64,000 nt of DNA from a virus (IMGVR_UViG_3300014208_000023:64001-128000), one strand, 5' to 3'. Positions 36,392 to 46,196 are shown, counted from the stretch's first letter. The notes: generated by a model not told the origin, from the letters alone. Numbers and translations are program-made.

Positions 36392-36755
36392 TGAAGATTT
36401 CGTCGGTAAAATACCGGCAATACAAAAGTTAGAAGTCCTACCAGCTGACAACACAAACCAAGTAAAACTAAATTGGACCGTTAGAGAGTATATAGGCTGT
36501 GAAGTTTATATGGAAGGCGACCAAGATAAAAAACCAATCACAACGAAGAGCGATATAAAAATTGGAGACCGGCTTGTAGCTTGGGGTTATATAATAGTAG
36601 TTACTGAACTAGATCCTCCTAGCGCCGAAACAACTAGCGGTAGCACTCTAGTCATATTAGAGTTTGATAAAGATGATCGACATTGCTGGGTTGCCGGTGG
36701 AATGATAAACAAGAGAGCTCTTAAGCAGCTCTGCAAAACAACTGTAATGGTATAA
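36384..36755 (+). CDS. hypothetical protein
   Basis: Start MSDEDF overlaps previous stop. Confidence 0.55.
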   Translation: MSDEDFVGKIPAIQKLEVLPADNTNQVKLNWTVREYIGCEVYMEGDQDKKPITTKSDIKIGDRLVAWGYIIVVTELDPPSAETTSGSTLVILEFDKDDRHCWVAGGMINKRALKQLCKTTVMV

Positions 36756-36759
36756 TAAA

Positions 36760-37083
36760 ATGCAAGATGTAATAGACCCTCTTCCACATGGCGCCACTCC
36801 TAGATATGATCTGTCAAAAAATGACATGGTCTTTTACTTAGAAACAATATGTGATTGTCATGGAAAATCATTAGGACAATACGATGGTTGTGAGGCGCTT
36901 CGGCATATAGAATGTCCGCTTCATAAAATTTCTATTGATGAATTATTTAAAATTAGAGAAAAAGTAAGTAATAGTGTGATGGATGGAAAAATATATGCTT
37001 CATGCATTTGTGATGGCGGAAATGAGCGGGGACGAGGCATATTTTTTGTGGCCACAAAAGGAACCATATTGGGATATAAATGA
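36760..37083 (+). CDS. hypothetical protein
   Basis: Coupled to folA. Confidence 0.55.
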   Translation: MQDVIDPLPHGATPRYDLSKNDMVFYLETICDCHGKSLGQYDGCEALRHIECPLHKISIDELFKIREKVSNSVMDGKIYASCICDGGNERGRGIFFVATKGTILGYK

Positions 37084-37571
37084 TAATTAAGATGATAGCT
37101 GCCGTCTCCCAAAATGGAGTAATTGGGTGTGACAATGACATTCCGTGGAAAACAAAATATCCGGAAGACTTCAAATTTTTCCGCCAAATGACTGCCGGAG
37201 GCGAAGTAATTTTTGGACGCAAGACGTTTGAAAGCATAGGAAAGCCTCTGCCGAAAAGAAATAACATAGTTATAACCAGACAAGAAAAGATTGATGGCGT
37301 AACTTGCTTTCCATCACTAGGGGCCTGGCATAGATCGCGGTCTGTAATTCTAGAAGATGTTGCAGTTATCAAATGGATGTGCGGAGGCTCGGAAGTATAT
37401 CGTGAAGGCATGAAATATGCTTCAGAGATTTATCTTACACTAATACCAGAGACTGTTACTGGCAGCAGTCTAGCCCTCTTCCCCTGGATTAACCCTTCGC
37501 TCTTCTCTGTTGCCGAGACCATTGCTATTGAAAATTCCGATCTTAAAGTGGTGAAATATGTTAGGGCCTAG
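37080..37571 (+). CDS. folA: dihydrofolate reductase
   Basis: IAAVSQNGVIG...IPW, GRKTFESIGKPLPKRNNIV, GGSEVY. Confidence 0.92.
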   Translation: MIIKMIAAVSQNGVIGCDNDIPWKTKYPEDFKFFRQMTAGGEVIFGRKTFESIGKPLPKRNNIVITRQEKIDGVTCFPSLGAWHRSRSVILEDVAVIKWMCGGSEVYREGMKYASEIYLTLIPETVTGSSLALFPWINPSLFSVAETIAIENSDLKVVKYVRA

Positions 37572-37595
37572 ATAGCATAATCAACACACAAACGA

Positions 37596-37627
37596 AAAAC
37601 CGTCCCAAAATAAATTGTGACGGTTTT
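37596..37627. terminator. bidirectional terminator between convergent genes
   Basis: AAAACCGTC / GACGGTTTT stem with A and T flanks. Confidence 0.6.
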
Positions 37628-37649
37628 CTTTTATCTAAAGAGCTGATCG

Positions 37650-38120
37650 CTATAGGGTAGTAACGTTTGCAGTTCCCCTAATATTTGCTGGGCGCACTGT
37701 TCCAGCGGCCAAACGTTCTTGAAGCTGAACTGACGGAGATTTACCATACATTGCAGTATAATCGGCAACCAAGGCTGCCTCAATGGCTGCTTTTACCTGA
37801 GGTTTAACCGCAGCCTTAACTATGAAAATAGCTCTTTTAGCTGGAGCATCTACCATTATGTCTATAACAATTTGTCCAGATACATCTTGTGTTGCTTTGG
37901 TAAAATTACTTTCCGGAGTTCCAAGCTTTTTAACAAACTCTGGATGTCCTAACCCAGGGCTTGGAGGACCAAAAAAAGCATCTTGAACTGCCGGTCCAAG
38001 ATTAGATTCCTGTGTTTGTGGGACCTGAGCAAGCTTAACATTTACCTCTTTTTCATTATAGGTATTTTCTAAAAATTGATTAGCCAAGCTTTCAAGTAAT
38101 TTTGTTTTTGATCTCATCAT
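37650..38120 (-). CDS. hypothetical protein with LxxLAxxF leader
   Basis: LLESLANQFLE. Confidence 0.7.
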   Translation of the reverse strand: MMRSKTKLLESLANQFLENTYNEKEVNVKLAQVPQTQESNLGPAVQDAFFGPPSPGLGHPEFVKKLGTPESNFTKATQDVSGQIVIDIMVDAPAKRAIFIVKAAVKPQVKAAIEAALVADYTAMYGKSPSVQLQERLAAGTVRPANIRGTANVTTL

Positions 38121-38140
38121 TTAATTCCCTATTCTTAAGA

Positions 38141-38554
38141 CTATGTGACTGGCGCAGCAAACTCATATACGGCCACATATGGCCCAGGACTTATATTATT
38201 AATAGTTTCTCCAAATTTAGAGAAATAATTTGGAATGCCGGACTTAAGACCGCTCACAATGGCGGCTATGTCACTGGTGGATGCGGTGGAATCTTTTGCC
38301 GGAGTAACATCTACTGACTTTACCTCAACTTCACTTGAGGATTTGACATTAAGCGTTATGGTTAATGCCTTTATTTCTTTTGCCGCGCCTTTTGCGTTAT
38401 TCTCAGCAATCAGTTTTCTAAAATTTGGAATATTATATATCGGCCATGTCGAGGCGTGCTCAATTGTTCCCGTCAAATCAGCATTAACGTTTTGGGCGGT
38501 AATGCGTAGAAATTGACCGGCTAAATTTTCTAGTATGTTTATTTTTGGCATCAT
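38141..38554 (-). CDS. hypothetical protein with LxxLAxxF leader
   Basis: LENLAGQFLRITAQ. Confidence 0.7.
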   Translation of the reverse strand: MMPKINILENLAGQFLRITAQNVNADLTGTIEHASTWPIYNIPNFRKLIAENNAKGAAKEIKALTITLNVKSSSEVEVKSVDVTPAKDSTASTSDIAAIVSGLKSGIPNYFSKFGETINNISPGPYVAVYEFAAPVT

Positions 38555-38935
38555 CTAAAAGGATAGACCCTACATAAAAAGCATTTGAATGACCCATCTT
38601 CAGCTTTGACCGCATAAGGAAAAAATTCTTTACAACGGTCACAGCATTCTCCATCTTTTCTGGATTTTATTCCGGAAATATGTGAGTCAGTTATAAGATG
38701 CGCATTTACACCCATAAAATTTTTAGGAATAGAATATTCTTTACTTTTTTTCTAGGGTAGCTTCAAATGAATTCGCCAAATAAAGTCGAACAGGAACTTT
38801 TATAAGATATCCGCCTTCTAATATAGAAATAACTTCAAAAACCTCAATGATTTCATACTTATCTATATAAGCATAAACGATATGGCCATCATTAACCTTG
38901 CAGCAAACGTTGTCACCTGGAAGTGGTTTTGTCAC
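38551..38935 (-). pseudogene. Zn-finger gene apparently split by one extra A in an A7 run
   Basis: Removing one base at 38745-38751 joins 38741..38935 to an open frame ending CDRC..CFLCRVYPFR (127 aa). Confidence 0.55.
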
Positions 38936-38956
38936 ATAAGCATGCAGGATTATACA

Positions 38957-39091
38957 TTATTGATAGCCATCATCTTCATCGTCCCAGTCCCAATCATCTT
39001 CGCCAAGATTACGGAATACAGAGTATCCAATCATAGTTAATGCAGTAACTACTACCAACAAAAATATTACAAATATAATTACAGTAATCAT
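38957..39091 (-). CDS. 44-aa membrane peptide with acidic tail
   Basis: MITVIIFVIFLLVVV...DDWDWDDEDD. Confidence 0.55.
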   Translation of the reverse strand: MITVIIFVIFLLVVVTALTMIGYSVFRNLGEDDWDWDDEDDGYQ

Positions 39092-39216
39092 TTATTGCCC
39101 TTTTCTTCATAAGTAAAACCTGAAATCCATCCCACCATAAAAACAATAACTAGTATAGATAACATTACCGTTACTACGCCAATACCTGTAAGTAAGAAGG
39201 CGAATTCTTCTAGCAT
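39088..39216 (-). CDS. 42-aa membrane peptide
   Basis: MLEEFAFLLTGIGVVTVMLSILVIV...; coupled. Confidence 0.55.
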   Translation of the reverse strand: MLEEFAFLLTGIGVVTVMLSILVIVFMVGWISGFTYEEKGNK

Positions 39217-39717
39217 TTATTTCTTATCAGGAGGCGCGTCGTAGAAATAGCAATGAATTCCAGTTTCAGCTATATGCTTTTTAATAAGCTCTTTGAGAGC
39301 TGGAACTTCTTCTACTAGAAGTTCTGATACGTGAATTGAGCCCTTCTCATATTTAGCAAAAGCGGCAAGTTTTTGTAGAGCCTTTTCAAGGGCGGCGGCA
39401 TCAACGATTCCTTCTTTGTTTCTAACGAGCAATGAAAGAATCATAATATCAGAATTAACTAACGTGTCCTTTATATTGCCGAGCTTGAAATTCATAATCT
39501 CACCGCTCCATGAGAAGTAATCCTGACGAACCTTGTTCCAAATGCGCTCAAGCATTTTATCTAGCTTCTGGTCAAACTTGGAAGGCCCTAAGGATACGAA
39601 GTTCATGACCATTCTGGTTCCAGCATTGACTGGAGCAAGAATACTAGCCCCAGCTGGGGCCTGCTGCATTTTTCCCATTGGTGTAAATCTATTTGATGAT
39701 GGCGGTAACTGATTCAT
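39217..39717 (-). CDS. degenerate macrodomain-like protein
   Basis: FKLGNI...ILSLLVR...VDAAALEKALQKL pattern of Poa1/TARG1-type macrodomains. Confidence 0.45.
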   Translation of the reverse strand: MNQLPPSSNRFTPMGKMQQAPAGASILAPVNAGTRMVMNFVSLGPSKFDQKLDKMLERIWNKVRQDYFSWSGEIMNFKLGNIKDTLVNSDIMILSLLVRNKEGIVDAAALEKALQKLAAFAKYEKGSIHVSELLVEEVPALKELIKKHIAETGIHCYFYDAPPDKK

Positions 39718-39741
39718 GTATTTTCCTTAAAATCTAATATA

Positions 39742-40374
39742 TCACCATTCAAAAGTGCTTGTGTAGATTTCCTTAGAAATCTCTGAAAGCTTAGCAGATA
39801 TCTCATTATCATCTGCCATCTTGGATAAATCAAAAGGTATGCTCTTGAAGCCGAACAAATTTCCAGTAGCTATGTTGTCCATATTATCATCAAGATATAC
39901 ACATCCACTGAATAGTGGATACATGGTCAAAAATGTTTGATAATAAACATATGTTGGTTTTCTAGCTCCAACTTCGCAGCTGAAAAACTTAATTACATTA
40001 TCATATATTGGGGCAAGTAAAGTTTTCATAGTGTCGGCGTGCTCATACCCAATGTTACTTACTAGGGCGACTTCGACCCCATCAAGCAAAAGGTACTCAA
40101 GCCACTTAACTACGATTGGATTAGGCCTAACCGTCTGATGCCAGAGCTTTATTATTTCATTAATTTGCTCCGTGCCAAGATTAAGATTATAGAATTTATT
40201 ATTCAAATCTTTCTCAAGAACGGAGAATCCCAAATCGTGAGATTTTTGCGAATTAAACAAGAAAGCATCAGCCTCCTCTTCAGTTATGTTTGCGTATTCG
40301 GCAAGCTTTTTATTAAATTTGGTAAAATCAATGTGACAGATTACCTGCCCTATATCTATAGCTAATTTTTTCAT
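39742..40374 (-). CDS. HAD-family hydrolase
   Basis: LAIDIGQV, VSN, RKP, YLDD..DN. Confidence 0.8.
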   Translation of the reverse strand: MKKLAIDIGQVICHIDFTKFNKKLAEYANITEEEADAFLFNSQKSHDLGFSVLEKDLNNKFYNLNLGTEQINEIIKLWHQTVRPNPIVVKWLEYLLLDGVEVALVSNIGYEHADTMKTLLAPIYDNVIKFFSCEVGARKPTYVYYQTFLTMYPLFSGCVYLDDNMDNIATGNLFGFKSIPFDLSKMADDNEISAKLSEISKEIYTSTFEW

Positions 40375-41147
40375 TTTATGAGTTCCATTAAGAATTTTGT
40401 ATTATTATTTATATTTATGTTTATCGTATTAGATAATTTATTGCTTTGCTCTAGTTGCCCTAATTCAAAATGAATGTTGCAATATATTCCAGTTATAGTC
40501 TCAATATCTAATTGAGATAGTTTCATTGATGCGCATTTTCCATTATAGAATGCATCTGATAGCGATGTCTCTGTCCCATTACTTTCTGCGCCACATAAAT
40601 CACTTAATTCAAATTCAGGGCGACACCACTCATATCCATATGATAATTCTGGCGGATGATTTATATCACACAAATGAGATATTACTAATTTTCTTTGTGA
40701 GTTTAGCAGAATGCTTTTTATGTATTGGTGTCTCGCCCGATCTCCACTAATAAGATTAGAGTTGTATTTATGAATACCGGCCGTTCTTTTTAATGACTCG
40801 GACATTCCATAGTATAGAAGGGCCGGGCTTGCTTGCCAAAGAGGTATTCCCTTATCTATGGCATAGATGGATGTATGAATGTCGAAATCGCTTATAATAA
40901 GATCTGGATTGAACTTACTAATCTCTTTTCCATAGTAGGCAAAATTTCCATTAAATGAAATTGGGCCATTTGGATTTGTAAAGTTCAATAATGCATCTAG
41001 GCAATAGTCTGCGTTTATTTCTTTTAAAGAGTTCTTATAGCCGGCAATTTTAAATTGATGTTGAGATCCTTTAAAGAGACGAAGGTATCTCTTTAGCTGC
41101 TCATAAGAGCCTTCTCTATTACCGGCTACATATAGAAAGCGAGACAT
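40371..41147 (-). CDS. degenerate GT-B glycosyltransferase-like protein
   Basis: FNPDLIISDFD resembles MJ1255-type GTs. Confidence 0.45.
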   Translation of the reverse strand: MSRFLYVAGNREGSYEQLKRYLRLFKGSQHQFKIAGYKNSLKEINADYCLDALLNFTNPNGPISFNGNFAYYGKEISKFNPDLIISDFDIHTSIYAIDKGIPLWQASPALLYYGMSESLKRTAGIHKYNSNLISGDRARHQYIKSILLNSQRKLVISHLCDINHPPELSYGYEWCRPEFELSDLCGAESNGTETSLSDAFYNGKCASMKLSQLDIETITGIYCNIHFELGQLEQSNKLSNTINININNNTKFLMELIK

Positions 41148-41244
41148 TAACGCCTATAGTTTGACAGCAGAACTAAATTTGCTGAAAGATAAATAAATAA
41201 TAATGATATTACAAATACGACGGCTATAACAATTGAATCGGCAA

Positions 41245-41838
41245 TCATTTTTTACCAGTAAAAACTTCTATTTGTTTAAGAAGAACATCTTTAGTCATTA
41301 TGGTATCAGCATCAGCCCTGTGAGACTTTAGTTTTTTAACTCCATATTTCTCAACTAAACTTCCTAGATTGTAATACTCATTTCTTTTGCCTTGAATTAA
41401 ATTAATGAATATCTCTATCTGACGAGTATCAAGAACGAATGGCCTATTTCCAAATGGAAAAGTTTCCTTTGCACCATTGGACTCCCATAGAACACGAATA
41501 AAGTCTTCGTCAAAACCTATGTTCTGGCCGCACAATACTTTTTCTTCTGGGCTAGCTCCATCTTCTAGCATCCAGTTTTCTATGCTTACTAGAACGTCTT
41601 TTGGTTCCTGATAAGACGCGCGGCCTTCAGCCGTCTTATGAGAGATGTCCTCAAGCTTGTGCCCATTTATACGAAGAGCATCTGGCTGAGCGGATTCTGG
41701 CCTAGGCGACTTAAGCAACCAGGTTTTCTGGCGATCTTGATTAAGGTGATATAAAGAAAGCTCGACTATATCGTGCTTAAGATAATCTAGCCCAGTAGTC
41801 TCGGTGTCTGCTACGTAAATCTGAAACGGGTAATCCAT
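41245..41838 (-). CDS. DEDDh 3'-5' exonuclease
   Basis: VADTETTG, GQNIGFD, HRADAD. Confidence 0.85.
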   Translation of the reverse strand: MDYPFQIYVADTETTGLDYLKHDIVELSLYHLNQDRQKTWLLKSPRPESAQPDALRINGHKLEDISHKTAEGRASYQEPKDVLVSIENWMLEDGASPEEKVLCGQNIGFDEDFIRVLWESNGAKETFPFGNRPFVLDTRQIEIFINLIQGKRNEYYNLGSLVEKYGVKKLKSHRADADTIMTKDVLLKQIEVFTGKK

Positions 41839-41859
41839 GTAAAATCCTTTCTTACATGT

Positions 41860-42315
41860 TTATCTTGTGCTAGATTTGCCTTTTCCCGACAACTGAATTA
41901 ATTTCGCCTTAATTTCTTTCTTCAAACCGTTTATGGTTAAGTCTCCAGCTTTGCTTTGCGCCAATAAGAATTGAGCCCCCTCTACTGAATGTAGAAACTC
42001 CCTTTCCTTTTTAGAGATTTTTGTTCCATCAAGAGTAAATACGTTTTTGCTGTTTTCAAAAACTCGCCATTTTTCAGTCTTGTTGGGAGAGCGAACACAT
42101 CTAACTCTAATGAGTGGAGTAACTACAGCGTCCTCCTCTTTGTATAAATCAAAAGCATACTTTGAGGCTACCGGGTTAGCTTTGAACTCTCTCTCTTCTC
42201 CAAAAGAGAAGTTCTCTCCAGATGTATATCCTATATAGCTCCTATCATTTGGAACCTCTGGCAATATAATTGGCTCATCTTTAATGATTTTTTTGACTAA
42301 TTTTGGCTTCTTCAT
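41860..42315 (-). CDS. basic hypothetical protein
   Basis: AGGGA SD. Confidence 0.65.
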   Translation of the reverse strand: MKKPKLVKKIIKDEPIILPEVPNDRSYIGYTSGENFSFGEEREFKANPVASKYAFDLYKEEDAVVTPLIRVRCVRSPNKTEKWRVFENSKNVFTLDGTKISKKEREFLHSVEGAQFLLAQSKAGDLTINGLKKEIKAKLIQLSGKGKSSTR

Positions 42316-42325
42316 TTAATCCCTA

Positions 42326-43537
42326 TTATTTGCAAAGATTTTCGCCGGCAATGATTCCGGAAGTAATTGCCCCTAGTATCCCAGGAACTCTAGCGCTTTC
42401 ACCAGCTACATATAACCCATCTAATTCGCTTGAGAAGTTAGTTCCCAATTTAATTTTTGAAGCCATCGGCATCATTGTTGGAAAATGGAAATATCCTTTA
42501 GTAGCTATCTCTGGTATAAAGTTAGAAATTTCTGATACGCTATCCCTTAACCAATCATACTCGTGCATAATGGATAATTTACTTTTTTTAGATAGTAACG
42601 TTGAGATTTTTTCTTTAGCAACTCTATCATTGGTAAGAATAAATGTTAGCTGACCTATTCTGCTGGCCTGCTCAACTCCAAGATTTTTAAACAATCTTTT
42701 GCCAAGAAGATTAAATGAAACTTTATTAGAGTGCCATCTATTTTCGTTTCCTCTAAAAGCGGAGATTACCATATCAAAATGATCTTCTGGTATAACAGTT
42801 CCGTTCCACGATAGAGGACCAATACTTAAATCATCACGTGATATTGAGCAGTTTGAATGATTAAAGTCTCTCATTACGGTATCAGTAGTCTCTACTCTTA
42901 TGCCGATATCAGCATAATCATTATCCTCTACAAGTCCAAGTCCTTGAAATAGTTCTGATACCCATCTCCAACCAGACCTTCCAACCGCCACAAGAACGCG
43001 CTTGCACTTGTATTGCTCCGTCTCTGTAGTTATTACGAAGTGCCCTTTTTCTTTTACTACCTTCTGAACTTCTACATCAAATACTGATGTAATATTTTCT
43101 TTTTCCTCAATCTGATCCGATATGAATTTTGAAAGATTATGTATCTCTTGCGGAAAAAGCTGAATGTGGTTATTCAGCTTTACTTTGAATCCAGCTTTCT
43201 TAATTCTTTTTTCAGTATTAATGGATGGAGATTTGTCCTTAATAACGGAAAAATTCAAAACCTCTTCAGTAGAGCTTTTGAACCAGTTGAATGCATTCGC
43301 AGTTTTTATTTTAGTTGTGACTTCAGCAACGTCCAGCATATCATTTAGATAAAGCTTACCATCGCTATTAGGTAATAATCCTATAAACCCTTGCATCTGG
43401 GTTCGGCGCTTACGCGATGGCCTGCCAGCTTCTATAATTAGTGTTTTAAGTCCTTTGTGACTGTGAGCAATTTTGAGGGCCGCGAACGCACCGGCAACCC
43501 CGGCTCCAACAATGCCGATGTCGTAAATTTGTGTCAT
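42326..43537 (-). CDS. FAD-dependent oxidoreductase
   Basis: IVGAGVAG..E dinucleotide fold, AVGRSG, GLYVAGE. Confidence 0.8.
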   Translation of the reverse strand: MTQIYDIGIVGAGVAGAFAALKIAHSHKGLKTLIIEAGRPSRKRRTQMQGFIGLLPNSDGKLYLNDMLDVAEVTTKIKTANAFNWFKSSTEEVLNFSVIKDKSPSINTEKRIKKAGFKVKLNNHIQLFPQEIHNLSKFISDQIEEKENITSVFDVEVQKVVKEKGHFVITTETEQYKCKRVLVAVGRSGWRWVSELFQGLGLVEDNDYADIGIRVETTDTVMRDFNHSNCSISRDDLSIGPLSWNGTVIPEDHFDMVISAFRGNENRWHSNKVSFNLLGKRLFKNLGVEQASRIGQLTFILTNDRVAKEKISTLLSKKSKLSIMHEYDWLRDSVSEISNFIPEIATKGYFHFPTMMPMASKIKLGTNFSSELDGLYVAGESARVPGILGAITSGIIAGENLCK

Positions 43538-43554
43538 TACCGACTAATATATCA

Positions 43555-44229
43555 CTACTCAAGAATATTATCTATTATTTCATATAGGTTGCTGTCTGAA
43601 TCCGGCCTACCACCAGCTTTGATTTCACCAAGCGAATTATTGAAATGATCTTTGATTCCTGGGAACGGCCACATATAGTAGTATGATGAATCTAAAAAGT
43701 TATCAATAAAAACATCTCTATGCTTCTCAAGGTCTATATGGAAATTAGATGTATTATTAAGTCGATTCATAACATATAGAGACATCGTATATGCTCTTCG
43801 CTCTTCTCTCATTCTAAAATAGGCAGGAATTGGAAGTAGAAATAATAAGAAGGCTAGCGCTATATACCAGTGAAATAGAAAAAATGCTGGTATTGCTAGA
43901 AGGGCTAGTACTTGTGGAAATAGATATAGAAGCTTGAAAAGAATTCCGTTTTTACTATTCTCATAAATATGAGCGACTTCATGCATAAAAATTATAGTAA
44001 AACTGACGGGGCTTGTTTTTAGTTTTGCAGCTGATGGCAAATAAACAGTCGATCCAAAAGTTGTGGTAAAATTCATAAAATCACCGTTAAAAAACACAAC
44101 TTTATCTATTACCTTCATTAAAAGGGATTCATCCTTAAATTTGATTGTTATTCCAGGGAAGTGCTGTTGGGCACGCGAGACGACATTGGTAAACATACCC
44201 ATAGGATCTCCTGTAGTAATGGTTTGCAT
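43555..44229 (-). CDS. membrane-associated HExxH zinc metallopeptidase
   Basis: FMHEVAH, hydrophobic hairpin, REERRAY. Confidence 0.7.
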   Translation of the reverse strand: MQTITTGDPMGMFTNVVSRAQQHFPGITIKFKDESLLMKVIDKVVFFNGDFMNFTTTFGSTVYLPSAAKLKTSPVSFTIIFMHEVAHIYENSKNGILFKLLYLFPQVLALLAIPAFFLFHWYIALAFLLFLLPIPAYFRMREERRAYTMSLYVMNRLNNTSNFHIDLEKHRDVFIDNFLDSSYYYMWPFPGIKDHFNNSLGEIKAGGRPDSDSNLYEIIDNILE

Positions 44230-44258
44230 TATACAGATGCGGGATATTTAATAGAACA

Positions 44259-44423
44259 TCATAAATTCAATATAAGTTTATCGAATTCTTCTCTAGATAG
44301 CTCTACCGTATTTACCACCATGGAAAGGGGATCATCTTGACTAGCGGCACCAATACTTATAATTACCTTGTCTTCTTTAGACTCCGCGGCTACATAGCTT
44401 TTGTCTTGAAAATCTACTCTCAT
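44259..44423 (-). CDS. 54-aa protein (not in ORF track)
   Basis: MRVDFQDKSYVAAESKEDKVIISIG...; coupled. Confidence 0.55.
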   Translation of the reverse strand: MRVDFQDKSYVAAESKEDKVIISIGAASQDDPLSMVVNTVELSREEFDKLILNL

Positions 44424-44743
44424 TTAACAGGTTCCCATTTATTTCCATCTTTCAGGCATAAAAGTTCAAACTTAATTAGTTGAGATCCTTCATATGTAGC
44501 GCATATACGATATTTATCGTTATCTTCAATAAGACCATTTAAAACACCAATAAATCCTGCCACGGACTTGCCGTCTTGTTCTGTATAAACAAAATTTGAA
44601 TCAGCATACTTATCATTTACCGGAAATCTTGTATCAATAATTTTTTGAGTAAATGATGGATCTATTTCGAGAAGATAGTTTAATTTGAAAACCATATCTA
44701 TATTATTCTGATAAGCTAATGCTTCCCAATCTATAAATGCCAT
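44420..44743 (-). CDS. hypothetical protein
   Basis: GGAG SD before MAFIDW. Confidence 0.6.
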   Translation of the reverse strand: MAFIDWEALAYQNNIDMVFKLNYLLEIDPSFTQKIIDTRFPVNDKYADSNFVYTEQDGKSVAGFIGVLNGLIEDNDKYRICATYEGSQLIKFELLCLKDGNKWEPVK

Positions 44744-44744
44744 A

Positions 44745-45587
44745 TCACTCCTTTTTATTAAAGAAAATTCTATTTGAGATTTTATGCTCATCATCTCTCC
44801 AAGTTAAAATTTCTATGCCATCATTCAAAACTAATATGCTATGTTCGAAATGAGCTGATAATCCGTCACTTAATACCGTCCATTTGTCGTCTGCGGTTCT
44901 AGTATTAGTTGATGAGTTACCAAAAACTAGAAGTGGCTCTATTGCTATTACCATTCCTGCCCTAAACCTTGGGCCAGTGTTTGGCTCTGCTTTGTTTAAA
45001 ACTACTGGGTCTGAATGAACCTGGTCTAAACTTATTCCATGACCGGTATAAGTTTCAATTACCTTATATCCCTTACCTTTGGCGCACCTAAAAATAGCAT
45101 TGCCAACCGCTCCAACCCTACCATTTAGGGATATGGCTTTTATGCCTGAATATAAAGATTCTTGTGTTGCCTCCACAAGCTCTTTGCTTGCCGATGTTTT
45201 AGGTTCTCCAAAAATACAAGTCATAGCCGAATCCGTTATGGATCGCCTGTAATTACATCCAGTGTCAAACGTAACTATATCGCCCTCTTGTAGGATATAA
45301 TCGCTCGGAATACCATGCACAAGCTGGTGATTAACGGAAATGCATACGCTCGCCGGGAATCCGTGATATCCTTTAAATACCGGTATAGTATTTTTAGACA
45401 AAAAGAACTCTTCGGCAGCGGCATCTAATTCCACTAGGCTTTTGGTTGTTTTATCGGCAACCATTTTGCCAAGCATAGATAAGCACTCGGACGTTATCTT
45501 TCCAGAATAACGGTAATTATCAAAATCAGATTCGTCTTGAATTTTTACAAAGCCGAGAGATGTTGAATGATTATTTGGCCATTTCAT
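44745..45587 (-). CDS. map: type I methionine aminopeptidase
   Basis: GFPASVCISVN..VHGIP, D, TDSA, GHGI, IEP, SAHFEH. Confidence 0.92.
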   Translation of the reverse strand: MKWPNNHSTSLGFVKIQDESDFDNYRYSGKITSECLSMLGKMVADKTTKSLVELDAAAEEFFLSKNTIPVFKGYHGFPASVCISVNHQLVHGIPSDYILQEGDIVTFDTGCNYRRSITDSAMTCIFGEPKTSASKELVEATQESLYSGIKAISLNGRVGAVGNAIFRCAKGKGYKVIETYTGHGISLDQVHSDPVVLNKAEPNTGPRFRAGMVIAIEPLLVFGNSSTNTRTADDKWTVLSDGLSAHFEHSILVLNDGIEILTWRDDEHKISNRIFFNKKE

Positions 45588-45891
45588 TTGACTTAGCTTT
45601 GCTCTTTGCTTTTGATTTGCTAGACATAGCGGCTAATGCGGATAGCTTATCTAGCTCATCTACTGTCTTGACTTCCATAGTAGAATAAATTGGTGTTCCA
45701 ATATTTTGAGCGTCAGCCACAATTTTTTCAACATCTAACTCTAGAGCCATATTAAGAATCTGTTTATTTAGAACGACTATTTTTTTAGATATGGCGTTTG
45801 ATTTTTCAGAAGTCATCTGAACAGATAAATCATTGATTGATAAGTTTAAAAAATTACGTATATTTATTAGCGAATTAAGTTCTTCTAGCAT
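45571..45891 (-). CDS. hypothetical protein
   Basis: Operon context. Confidence 0.6.
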   Translation of the reverse strand: MLEELNSLINIRNFLNLSINDLSVQMTSEKSNAISKKIVVLNKQILNMALELDVEKIVADAQNIGTPIYSTMEVKTVDELDKLSALAAMSSKSKAKSKAKSNEMAK

Positions 45892-45899
45892 TTTCTTCC

Positions 45900-46196
45900 T
45901 TATTGTGTTCTTTTAATGGTTCCATCTTCAGTAATGATGTCGCCTTCTTTTAGCTTATATTTCATAGCCAGTTGAAATATAATATTGTTGTATGATAGCT
46001 CGGCATTCTCGCTTTGAGAAAGAGCATTCTTAACTCTTTCAAGAGCTAACTCTCTCTTGAGTTTAGTGTTATCTATTAGGCCCTTATCTAATTCTGATAA
46101 GAATTCTGGCAAAACTTCTGGCTTCTGCGAATTATCAATAGAAGCTTCTGGCGCCAGCTCTTCTTTTCTAGGAGGCATCTTTCGTTTTTCTTTCAT
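45900..46196 (-). CDS. hypothetical coiled-coil protein
   Basis: AAGGA SD. Confidence 0.65.
   Translation of the reverse strand: MKEKRKMPPRKEELAPEASIDNSQKPEVLPEFLSELDKGLIDNTKLKRELALERVKNALSQSENAELSYNNIIFQLAMKYKLKEGDIITEDGTIKRTQ

Noticed and set aside
38741-38752. Programmed -1 frameshift at A AAA AAG
   Set aside because: The -1 frame stops after 12 codons; the productive frame is +1.
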